The position numbers and the translations under genes are program-made. A stretch of 60,367 nt of DNA, taken from IMG/VR virus record IMGVR_UViG_3300011335_000506, positions 1 to 60,367 of that record. One strand, written 5' to 3'. Of this stretch, positions 11,001 to 21,100 are shown piece by piece (position 1 is the stretch's first letter; each line of letters opens with the position of its first letter). The notes below the pieces were generated by a model. The model searched no databases, was not told the origin of the DNA, and was given only the letters and a program-made list of their open reading frames with translations. The stretch is from a virus (lineage: Duplodnaviria; Caudoviricetes).

Positions 11001-11952
11001 GTTTAGCGAGGACATCCAACAAGCCAATAGTCAGTCGGCTACGCTCCTTGTTCTAAAAGAAAACAGTGTCACGGCTGTTATTGGATTTGATCCTACTACC
11101 TTCAACGTGCAGTTGTGGGTTGCTAGTCCCGGTGTTGGAATTTCCGCGCCATTATCATTGAGCAATACCGACGGGACAGTCACATGGTTATCTGTCAATG
11201 GCTTGGTGCAATGGGCTGGCAGTAACGTAGTCGCTAGGTCAACCGAGCTGCGCAAGCTGCTATCGCTTGATCCAACAATGTTTGGTGCACAGTCAATAGA
11301 TAAATCGCAGTATCAGGCATCAATTGTGACAACTGCGAACAAAAGAATTTTTCTTTTATCTACGGCATCGAATGCTGGCGCAGCAAACCAATATATCTAT
11401 GTCTTTGATTCTAGAGTGAAGGGATGGGTCAAATGGAAAACCATATCAGATATATCGATGACCGCTATGACCTCTCTCAGCTTTGGCGACGACGTGCAAT
11501 ACGTATACTTTGGCAGTACCACAGGGCAACTATTCAAGCTTGATGGGACAGCTGACAAGACAACGCAAGGCGGCTCTGACGTAGCTATAGCTTGGGAGTT
11601 CCTAAGCCGACTGCATGGACAGACATATTCTGAAGGCCCAAACTACTACGCTAACAACAGGCCGTACCAGATTGACTTGCATGTAGATAATCAGTCAGCT
11701 GGATCTCAAGGGATTACATGGGTCATACAAAATCAAAACGGGCCATACAACGCCACAACAGCGCCAACTGGTGCATCTTCTACAGGTTCGTATACAGTCG
11801 CTGCTTACGTCAATAAGAGTGTTGCTATACGTAACATACAACGGTCTCTACGAGGGTCGTCTATACAGATCAAGTTGTCAGGTAGCAGCACAGGTAAGAT
11901 CTATGTACGCGCTGTTCATCTTCAGATGTATGATGGCAACATTACGAGGTAA
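8029..11952 (+). CDS. Tail nozzle/stabilization protein (P22 gp10/T7 gp12-like beta-propeller) with large insertions
   Basis: 1307 aa. F.GL.T...NL...G.LAPRPG N-terminus, FQNRLWVS, IYVFD...W and YFG..GQLFKLD. Lies just before the ejection genes. Confidence 0.7.
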   Translation: MSVMPDNTRMVGRGTQSYTLGDRRFIGLDTNTPANALDVGFFPDSTNLWVDGLALAPRPGMQAQLASSLANPIYSLIGYRTADGSSNRLFFVSSTSVYMHTVGTTTSTALSGTATWTDATQVRLKQHGKYIYGVPGKAGTALFRIDGTLTTPVLETIPNIQPPTINGVDFIKPVPTLRPVKIKTFAAQDLNVAATISTGGSAVITGTNTFSAGDRVQLLTSIGTNHLANTTYFVIATGLSGSAFQVSATLNGTAILASTTGTTTISLVNDIDNYYLTKLENDYAKTANAAWPSVWSSNLMKLTTGATTVPSGEFDGYVNGADSGTANFVADWNVSGASVHNNESWVINTNKTITSPPGAVTYGANTKKYLKLDNTGEYAQQIIEYLPTEKAPPSSTSTTIGLYNLQFYSFANIIKSEGSVKFKVSAYGQNADGDIPGCAFSKEYTQAYAVNESDWYLRDIVLDFREFAASITKIRIRFESTAIIGSQDILIDMVKLFAVASNLTAIEPATALTNTNGLVNVRFRQTNPNISPTKASYVKNKRLRIMATTDTGGVLDVSKTNALSFQWEFDSSLVDENGNYPNVVLGLQVGSEVYWSSIGEWDRQNRYMTFAMYELTLAQKTGVSYFHIKFLDDVLTFDSKIAYTQSSLAFSIGNMSRDSALQGNGTYEYAFTRWYPSSASSVAPGVLQADQTYATGFETGLSDISATVNTTSALASTSVVLNPNDTAGYGSNVCIEKRKMVVGSATDLDTWVSTYVPAASQIRVISTTAAPTFSYVNTSGTTVSSITWNSITAPDGTTYYVGTLPSAIRYVTATTESIWLEGYVAYGYSSTSKYSHVIVYRRNNALFPDGRFRLIAVVPVDDTTTTLQTKTGNGWTATYTNGTSREITLIDEVPDDALFYETGPYQQGTFFEIGRDPMPLGTSALTTFQNRLWVSKSNKLYASWVIDQTDEYKMYTTELPDLTEPGVQKKGATFSVGGRQEKEIILAMCPMFSEDIQQANSQSATLLVLKENSVTAVIGFDPTTFNVQLWVASPGVGISAPLSLSNTDGTVTWLSVNGLVQWAGSNVVARSTELRKLLSLDPTMFGAQSIDKSQYQASIVTTANKRIFLLSTASNAGAANQYIYVFDSRVKGWVKWKTISDISMTAMTSLSFGDDVQYVYFGSTTGQLFKLDGTADKTTQGGSDVAIAWEFLSRLHGQTYSEGPNYYANNRPYQIDLHVDNQSAGSQGITWVIQNQNGPYNATTAPTGASSTGSYTVAAYVNKSVAIRNIQRSLRGSSIQIKLSGSSTGKIYVRAVHLQMYDGNITR

Positions 11953-11955
11953 ACA

Positions 11956-12441
11956 ATGCCAATACCTACACCGCCAGTTGGAAGCGAATCATCAGTACAA
12001 ACGTTCACTACAGGTGTGTCTACAAAAGACATTGCTGCCACACGTGATGTGAGCGCATCTGTCGTTACTACTGGGGCAAGTGCTGACTTAGAGTACAGTG
12101 CGTATGACATATCTAATGCATACGATCCTTACAACACCAACTTCACTCCAAGTCGAGTCATCACTGCAAGTTACACAGTAGAAGATAGCCCTCTTGTAAT
12201 CCTGGCTGATGCTACAGCTGGCAACATTGTTGTCACTCTGCAGTCACCACAATTCGCTGAAGGTAAAACTGTTACAATACAGAGACTAGACGCAACGGCT
12301 TACACTGTTACATTGGCAACGGTAGCTGGAGCAAATGTACGAATTACTACGACAGCAAGTGCAAAGCTAAACACCCAGTATGGTGTTGTTGATTGCACAG
12401 CAGTCAACGATCCAACATATCCAATATGGGTAGGGAGATAA
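11956..12441 (+). CDS. Tail-associated protein
   Basis: 161 aa. VILADATAGNIVVTL..GKTVTI short fibre-like domain. Confidence 0.5.
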   Translation: MPIPTPPVGSESSVQTFTTGVSTKDIAATRDVSASVVTTGASADLEYSAYDISNAYDPYNTNFTPSRVITASYTVEDSPLVILADATAGNIVVTLQSPQFAEGKTVTIQRLDATAYTVTLATVAGANVRITTTASAKLNTQYGVVDCTAVNDPTYPIWVGR

Positions 12442-12445
12442 AACA

Positions 12446-13309
12446 ATGGCTGGCATTTTTGGTAATAATTTGGGACTTAAAGTTGGCACATTACCTAGAT
12501 ATGGTCAAAATCAAAGTCCAAATATTCAAGCTGAATTAGAAGGTGACATTGGTACCCCGTGGGACACAGGTGGATCCAACCGATATAAATATGGCGGAAT
12601 GATGGGTGGATTCAACCGTCAGTATGACCGTGCTGGTTATGCCGGAAAGTTAGGAATGGGCCTTGGTGCTGCAGGTGCAGCAGCTGGTCTTATTGGTGGC
12701 CTAGGGTCTTTGTTTGGTGGACGACAAGGCCCTACCCGTGAAGAGATTGAGCAGGAAGCACTAGCTCGATCCGGCATGGGGATGGCTGATCAGTTTGGTG
12801 GCGAGATGAGTAGCATGGGTATGGGACTGCAAAATGACGGCAGGTCTATGCTTGAGCGTGGTCGATCTGGTTACCTTAGTTCAATGTTTGATCCAAATGT
12901 TGCAACTGGTCAACGTGCTCAACTTGCATCAGAACTTGCGCAATCACGCAGGGGTGTAGGTAACACTGTAGGCCTTATTGGTGGGCCATTGGCTGGTGCT
13001 CAATTTGCACGGAATGCGTCTGCTTACACACCACAGTTTGCTCAAGGATCTACACAGATTGGCAACAACGCTCTTAATCGTCGTTCACAAGGTTACCAGT
13101 CTATGGCTGGTTTTGGTCAACAAGATTTTAACCAAGGACTTGGTCTGCGTAATCAAGGGTTTGGAATACAGTCTCAAGGTAGGCAACAGCTTGGCGCCAC
13201 ACTTGGTCGTCTAAGTGCAGCCGCTCAAGCACGTAAAGCACAGCAACAAGCAATGATTGGTGGACTGTTTAAGACTGCAGGTTCGGCTGCAACAGGAGGA
13301 TTATTCTAA
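12446..13309 (+). CDS. DNA ejection/pilot protein (P22 gp7-like role)
   Basis: Gly/Gln/Ala-rich, hydrophobic GLGAAGAAAGLIGGLGSLFGG segment, position after the nozzle. Confidence 0.6.
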   Translation: MAGIFGNNLGLKVGTLPRYGQNQSPNIQAELEGDIGTPWDTGGSNRYKYGGMMGGFNRQYDRAGYAGKLGMGLGAAGAAAGLIGGLGSLFGGRQGPTREEIEQEALARSGMGMADQFGGEMSSMGMGLQNDGRSMLERGRSGYLSSMFDPNVATGQRAQLASELAQSRRGVGNTVGLIGGPLAGAQFARNASAYTPQFAQGSTQIGNNALNRRSQGYQSMAGFGQQDFNQGLGLRNQGFGIQSQGRQQLGATLGRLSAAAQARKAQQQAMIGGLFKTAGSAATGGLF

Positions 13310-15084
13310 TGGCAGCAGAAGGCCTTGGTTATCTTGCTGCTCTCCTTGGAGGCATGCAGCAAGGCAAGTTGATGAAGCAAAAGAAAGATTTGTCTTCAGC
13401 ACAGTTAGCAGCACGAAGAGCTGAAGCTGAGCAAAAGGCAGCAGATCGTCTTGCGACTGGTTCATACAGACAAAATCAGCTTGAGTTACAAAGACAGAAT
13501 ATCGATTTAGGCAGAGCTAATTTAGATCAGAAGTTAAACAACACAGACGACATATATGAACTAGCAACACAAGCCGGCGGCAATTTAAAGACAGCTATTG
13601 GTGGCATTGGTGAGCGTATGGCAACTAAGTCAACGCCTAAGTCTTGGCTGTCAGAAGTTGAAGCTGCACGTGCTGGAGTAAGGACGCCATACGAAGCACT
13701 AAGGTCTTTGGTGAAAGACCCGCGTATGAAAAAGCGTTATCCAAATATGACTGAAGAAGCATTGCTTGCTAACTTTGGTGGCGCTGTGCCTCAATGGATG
13801 ACTGATCCTAACATTGCTCCGGCTACACCTGACTGGGCGCAACAATATAAACCAGATAGAGATACTGTCAATAGAGAAAAAACGCAAGGTTATATCTCAG
13901 GTGTTGATCAGCCAGGTTATTACAGAAACCGACTACTACCAGCATATTTTAAAGTTATGTCAGATTTAGAAGGTTTACCAAACGCTGCAGATCTTGCAAT
14001 ACAAATGTACGGGCCACTACCTGGATCAGATTACAATGAAACATTGGAACTACTGGAAGGTAAAGCACCACGTCCAGAATATATCCCAACCGAACAATAC
14101 AGAGAAGAGTTTGGCGCAGACCCTTTATCACTAGCTCGCGGAAAACTAAGTCTTAATGAATATGGTGAAACAATTGATCAATTTGGAATACCGCTGGATC
14201 GTTTAGCCGAACAACCAAACTTACCATTAGATGAATCACAAGTTCCTATGCCAGGGCAAGCATTCCAAAGAACAAACAATTATCGTCAGCAAATACCTAT
14301 TTCATTAGCTGCTCAAATTGACGACGACATGCGTCCTGAGAAACTTAGAGAAATTAGAGCTAAGAACTATTTCAACCAAGTTGCTTTTGGAGAAAAAATG
14401 GCCGGGCTTGCATATGACACATTAATAAAAAAGGGCAGAGTTGAACAACAAGATTTGCAAAGGGTCGGCTTGCAAATAAAAAATGCAACAGATGCAATGA
14501 AACTTAAATACTTGGAGCCAGAACTTCGCGCAAATATAGATAAATCACTTGCAGCAGCGTTTTCATCCAGAATGAATGTTGGCATCAACGGTGGAAAACT
14601 ATTTGCTCAAATCAAAACTGCGCATGATATTAACGTAAATACAAAACAGCAAAACATATCAAAAGCAATGGCTGGATTGCCAAACAATCTTGAATATCAG
14701 CGTTTTTTAGGTGGTGATGATGCAAAGAGACGAGCTTTTGACGCCTATTTGTCTGGTACTTCAAATGTTCCTCCTCCAGGATTAGCAGGATCACTGAATA
14801 CATTTGCAACAATGATTAGAGAGATGCGAGACGATCTTAAAAACGCTGTTAGGGCACAAACAGAATTTAAAAATAACGGTGGTGATTTTGTAAACCTAAT
14901 TGATCAGATTGGCTCAACATTAGTTGCACCAGCTGCGCGTGAACCTATGCGAATTGGTGGCAAAGATAAACCAAAAGCTGCTGGTAAAACAGCTACAGGT
15001 AGCACTAAAACTACTGGTAGCACTAAGGGTGCACCTAAAGCAGGTTCTGACAGAAACCCAATCCCAGCACCGCGACTCAAGTAA
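13309..15084 (+). CDS. Internal virion/ejection protein
   Basis: 591 aa, helical, N-terminal LAALLGG followed by a coiled coil. Sits between the pilot and giant genes. Confidence 0.55.
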   Translation: MAAEGLGYLAALLGGMQQGKLMKQKKDLSSAQLAARRAEAEQKAADRLATGSYRQNQLELQRQNIDLGRANLDQKLNNTDDIYELATQAGGNLKTAIGGIGERMATKSTPKSWLSEVEAARAGVRTPYEALRSLVKDPRMKKRYPNMTEEALLANFGGAVPQWMTDPNIAPATPDWAQQYKPDRDTVNREKTQGYISGVDQPGYYRNRLLPAYFKVMSDLEGLPNAADLAIQMYGPLPGSDYNETLELLEGKAPRPEYIPTEQYREEFGADPLSLARGKLSLNEYGETIDQFGIPLDRLAEQPNLPLDESQVPMPGQAFQRTNNYRQQIPISLAAQIDDDMRPEKLREIRAKNYFNQVAFGEKMAGLAYDTLIKKGRVEQQDLQRVGLQIKNATDAMKLKYLEPELRANIDKSLAAAFSSRMNVGINGGKLFAQIKTAHDINVNTKQQNISKAMAGLPNNLEYQRFLGGDDAKRRAFDAYLSGTSNVPPPGLAGSLNTFATMIREMRDDLKNAVRAQTEFKNNGGDFVNLIDQIGSTLVAPAAREPMRIGGKDKPKAAGKTATGSTKTTGSTKGAPKAGSDRNPIPAPRLK

Positions 15085-15103
15085 GTAACTAGGATTTGCT
15101 AAT

Positions 15104-15120
15104 GTTGGTACAATCGGTGT
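15104..15120 (+). promoter_or_regulatory. Extended -10 promoter, probable leaderless start of the giant gene
   Basis: GTTGG-TACAAT-N6-ATG with no SD. Same layout at 52430-52449. Confidence 0.45.
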
Positions 15121-18100
15121 ATGGCCGAGACACCACAACAAATCATTGCAAAACTTAAACTTACCGCTGATCGTAAAGAGTCTTACAAAAAGCTTACGGC
15201 TAAAGCAACAAGTAATACGTATGTAATTAACGAGTTGCAGGGAATCCTAACTGGATTAAGTTCATTACCAACAAGTGAGCTTAAATCTAAAACTGGTTTA
15301 AGTAAAGAAGATGTAGACCAGCTTAGACAGTGGCGTAATAAGGTAGTCAATGAGGTTTCTAAGACTAGTGGTAAATCTTTCCGTGATGGAAAGTTTGTGC
15401 CGGGTCAAGAAGCTGAAAACGTAGCTGCTCGACAGCAGAATATCAAAGGATTACAATCTGCTTTAGCACCGGGTTTGGAGAGATCTCAACGCGGTTTGAT
15501 GGGAGAGATTGGCACAGCTGCCAGCAACTTTATTACTGGGTATCAGGCGCCTAGGCGTGGTGCTGAACTGGTCAAGCGTGGACTTCCACCTGAATTAGCA
15601 CTGTCTGGTATAAATCAAGATGACGCAACGGCTCGAATAGCTTCCGAATTTGGCTATGGGTATGGTCAAAATCTTGCGCCTACTATGGCGTCTATTCCTG
15701 GCCTTATCGGTGGTGGTGCTGTTGCAAGTGGTATTGACCGACTTGTTGGATCACGTCTTCCAAATACAGGTGTATTTGGATTGCTTAGAGCAGGTGGTCA
15801 AATTGGCGGAGCAATGCTTGGTGCGCAAGCAACTGGTGGTTTGTATAACAAGTTAGCTGGCCCATACACAGGCCTAAGTGAAGATCAAGCAGGACAAGTT
15901 CAAGGTACCATTGGCCGAAAACTTGGAGGCGCTGCCGAGCAACTTGGTAAGTTTGGTGCTACTGCTACTATCTTTGGTGCTCCTGCTACTAACGACAAGG
16001 GGCAGTTAGCGTTCTTTGAAGGCGCCGGCTACAACCGTAGTATGCGTGAATTGTTGCGTAATCCAAATCGCGCAATGAACGATCCGGCTGTCAAAGAATT
16101 CCTTGGTGACATAGCTGAACGTTCATCTAGTGTCGTTAGCACTATTGATGAACAGAGTAGTAACTATCAAGCTAGAATCAAAAAGTTCATTGAAGTTAAT
16201 GGTCGAGAGCCTTCCCGTGCTGAAAAAGACGGAATGGGTGTGCTTACACCACAGCAACGTCTAAGTGAATTAGCACCGGACATTGTGTTTGGTGGTTTGA
16301 CTAGATACGGAAAAGGACTAAATCCGTTTGGCCTCTTACAACAAGGACGTCAAGCAGGTCAGCCAAATGCACCTGTAAGCCCAACAACTCCTCAGCAGCA
16401 ACAAGGTCAGCAAGCTGGATCAACTACAGCATCACAACCACCGCTAACGATGGGGTCATTGCAACCTACATCTGGTGGTGGCTTGTTTAACTTTAATGTC
16501 AAGTTGAAGACTGGCAATACTGTCACTCCGCATACAATCGCGTTTGATCAATCAACTGGTACGGCAGCGGTTAGACCAACCGTAGATGTTGTAGCTCCAG
16601 GAATTGCAAGATCTGCAACTGAAAGGTTAGCGACAAATCCGGCTGCAACAGTAGGTAACACTAATTTCTCAATACGTGCAGTCACTCCTGATGGTTCGAT
16701 TCTAGTGTTGGCAACGGACAATGTGTCAGGTGCACGAACGTTGCAGACGATGTCGTACAACAATCTGCCACCAGCGCTGCAGACCAACGTTAATAATGTT
16801 CTACGTAATACTCGTCTAGGGTCACTTGTATTCAATCCAGCTAACTTCCCGACAACTCCAAACTATAATCCAACAGTAGATAGCTTGAAATCATTTGAGA
16901 GCGACTTCAAAACTAAGATCAATATTGATGGTACAGAAGTCAATGCTAGAGTTGTAGATGTCAGGGGAGACATGGCAACTGTTTTGTTGCCATCTGGTAT
17001 TGAGTTGACTCTTCCAAAGGCGTTCTTTGCAACTGAGCCAACAAAGCAAGTCGGAAGGCTGTCTGGTGTAAGGCGGCTTAAGGGTCTTACTTATAAAGTA
17101 GGGACTGCAAGCCAACCAGTATCTGCTGAATATAATGGTATGGATCACTTTGTTGCTGAGCCGCGAAGACCTGCAATGCAAGCTGATCCTACTAAGTGGG
17201 CAGATAGCTATCGCAGAATACCAACACCGGCAGAACAAATGCCTGTTGGCACCGTTGTAAACCTTGGTGCTATTGACGGAGAACGCCAGGTTGGTGTTGT
17301 CCTAGAGTACACAGCGTTTGACATATCTGGAGCGCCAGCTGCTGGATACAGGATTCAGTCATTGAATGATCCACGCATGGAACCATTTATGATTCCTCAT
17401 GATCCAGATTACATCAAGCCACTTGCCAGAGGTGAAAACCCGTTTGTTAGAGGTGCTGCACCAGCTGCTGCTGTTACTGCACCTGCACCTGCGGCAACTG
17501 CTGTGCCTCCTGTTGCCCCTGTCGTACCGGGTGCTAGCGCTGGTGCTGGCGGTGCTACTACTGTTCCTACTACTGCTGTTCCATCAGTCATTGCGCCACC
17601 AGTCAGTGTTGATACAACTACACTTGGTCAGGCTGTTACCGATGCACCAACAGTAATACCAACACTTGTTGACTATTTCAAAAGTGCAATGCAGTCAGCA
17701 GTACCAAATGATGAGCAAGACGGAATACTTGATGTAGATGCTATATCAGATGCTATTGGTTACGATAACATCGATGCGCTTGATGAGATGATAACAGCTG
17801 CGGTTGACGCAGGATTAATTGATATCACTGATGATGGAGATTATGATTTCTCTGTAGTATCTCAAGCAGATCCTACGATCGTATTAGATCGAATTTTAAA
17901 TCAACTCAATACGAAGCTAAGCAGTATGGCACCAGTTCCACCTGTTGCTGCGGTAGCTAGTGGTGGTACTAACCCAGTTACTAATCCTGTTGTACCGGGT
18001 GCTCCTGCTGCGGCTCCTGCTACCTCTGTTGTACCTGGCGTCCCTGCTGCGGCTGTCCCTGCTTCCACTGTTGTACCTGGTGCTCCTGCTGCGGTTCCTG

Positions 18101-21100
18101 CTGCCACTCCGGCTGCTTCAACTAACCGAGTAAACTTAGTGCAGCTAGCTATACCAATGACTCCTGACGAGGAAGTTATTGCTAAGAAAATCACTGATGA
18201 ATACAACAGCACTGACCCTACAGCAGATCAGTTAAGAAGCGTAACGCTTAACCTAGATGACCTAAGTGCAAGCACTGGTGTAGATAAAGGTGCGTTGCAA
18301 ACTGTCCTTAGTAAAATGTGGGGAGCTGACACCATTAGGCGTGTTGCTGGCGACACTTATGATCTAAGCAAATTACATCAACCTAGAACAGCTGCATCTC
18401 CGTCTGCACCTGCAACTGCTGCAACTACAACTGGTAATCCACAGTTAGATATAAGCACTGTTACCCCTGAAGTCTGGAATGCATTGACTCCAGAACAAAA
18501 AATAGAGTTACTTGCACGATCTGTACAAGACGATGCTATTTTTGCTGATGTAGTAAAAGCTGATATTGCAGCCTTTGACAAAGCTTTTCCAAAAGATGGA
18601 TCAACCGCAACATATGGAGTTAACGATGATGGATCGTTTACGCCAGACTACGTAAACCTTACCAGGGCAGTTCAAAATGGAATAGCAAAGTATTTAAACG
18701 ATCGTGGTCTTCCTATTCCTGACTTAGCTCTATTCCAGCCAATTGTTGATCATGCATTGGATGGACTCCTTGGCGGCACTCTTAGCCCAATCAATCCAAC
18801 GGATCCAATGATTGCTAAGCTTTCTGGTAACTTGACAAATGCCAGAGTCAACGGAAGTCAAACAGCATTCGCTCCCGGTGAGAAGATCACGGTTAAAATA
18901 GCTGGTTCTACGCCAACTACACCACCAAGTACTCCAACACCTCAACCGGCAGCGCAACCTGCCGTAACTGCAACAGTAACGCCAGAGGAACCAACTACAG
19001 GTGAGGGTGAAGACTCAACACTACCTGTAGCTACTGCCAGTGAAACACGTGCACCTAAGCCACCTTCGCGAGAATATAATCCAGAGCCACCTGAGACACA
19101 GAAGTTTCCTTATGGAAACGAGTTTAAGGAACCAGCTGCTGAAGGATCTTTGCCTGTATCAATGGAAGACTACAGGTCTGGTAAGACTCGTTATCGACGT
19201 CAGACTGCTGGTGAGGAAGTAGCAAAGCCGGTTACCCTTACGCAGTTTAGAAACGCAGTTCCATCTTGGGCGTCTGGAGTAGATGGATTCAAAAGGTTTG
19301 TTGGTAAATTTGTTGCACCACTTGTAGATGCGTTTGGGACTGGTAAGACCGATCAACTAGAACTTGATCTTACTGGTGTAAAAGACAAAGACGATTTGTA
19401 CATCAGATTGCAGGATGTATTTGGTCAATCTCCAGAACAAGCTGCAGCACTTGCAGAATGGGTGGATCGTTGGAGTTTAGGTTGGGCACGTGAGTTTGCT
19501 CGACTACACGGCATTAATACAATGGAGCGATTAAGGGCTAGCCGTGTAACAGAAGATCCTGCCGTCGACACACGGTTCCTTACAAAGACAAACGAAACGT
19601 GGAAAGAAAACTACCGCGAACAAATGCTGCCAAAAAATACAGCAGAAAACGCGCAGATTCTTAAAGCACTTCAGACAGCTTTTTATACTCAGAGATTGGG
19701 AGCTATTGGTGTATTGCCAGCTGTTAAAAAAGGCTTATTCAATACAACAGGCATGGCCTTTAGCATTGGTGGTGACGGTAAACGAACAATTAATGTAATC
19801 ATTGCCTTGCACGGAAAAGAGAATTACGTAACGCAGGTGCATGAAATCAATCATGCATTGGTGCGATCTTTGTATGCACCAATGATTCATCAGCTTGCTG
19901 CAAAAATCTATCCAACTTATAGGCAAACAACAAACCCGAACAAACAACGTGAAATTCAAAAAGACATTGAAGAGAGAATTGTTACTGAGATAACAAACTC
20001 GATGTTTAATGCTCCAAGTGACGTAAACATATTTACTGAAAACGATAATGTTGAAGGTGGATTTGATGTAACTCTAAATAAATTATTTGGTGAGATGGGT
20101 CAGTTGATGCGAGATTCAATTGACGGATCTAAAGATAATCCAAATGATGTATCAAGCAAAGGATATAGGGGTTGGCAAAGGCCATTCCCAACAGATCCTG
20201 CAAAGCAAAAGGGATTAGCTGTAGGCACTCCTTTAATTATCAAGGAGACTGTTTTTGGTGGACGTAAAGTCAGTAAGACATACGTTCTAAAAGAACCAAT
20301 TAGGCCTGGGTCACCAATTAAAGTTGAAACAATAACTCAGAAGCTTAAAAGGGAAAACGCAAAACCCGGCAAGTGGGATGTCACAAAAGAGAAAACAAAA
20401 GACATTGATCCTCTTACTATTGATTCAATTGGGCAAACGGAAGTTAAAACGTTATCCAAACCTGTTAATCAATACCTGACTAACTTTATGGGTCACTGGT
20501 ATGACTACACCGTTCAAATGGTTAACGCTCATAACCCAGACGTTAATATGTCTGACGTCAACTTTGACGGGATGAGTGTAGTTGAACTACAAAGAACAAC
20601 CGTTGGTTATAGGTGGTGGGATGACGTTGAGCAAGCTAAAAACGAATTCCCAATTTATCAAGGCAGTGATTTTAGCGATGACCGAATACAAAAACGTATG
20701 TCGGAATCCTACCTTGGCTGGGCTGATCAAGGTGGTTATGAATCATACAGAGAAGCTAAAGGCATTCCTGTTGAATCGTTCTACCTTACATCTGGTTTGC
20801 CAGCTGAGTTATCGACGCCAGCTCTTGTACAGTCGGAAGTTATTGCTGCCACATCTCTAGTTTCAGATAGCACCACAATGACTGACGCTGGTGTGCAAAA
20901 TGCTGAAATGAGCATGGAAGAGTTGCTCTACCAGGCAATGATAGAAAGCGGGACTGCTGACCCAGATTTCATGAATAAGAAATTGCCGACAGCTGATCCG
21001 CAATTCATGAACAAAGCTATCGAAGATATTTCTGATGACGATGGTGACATCTCCGAAGAAGATCTTGAAGATTATAGTGGTGACGTATCAACAGAAGACC

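Noticed and set aside
21030-21050. DDDGD in the giant protein as an RNA polymerase DxDGD motif
   Set aside because: It lies in an acidic low-complexity linker with no double-psi barrel context.
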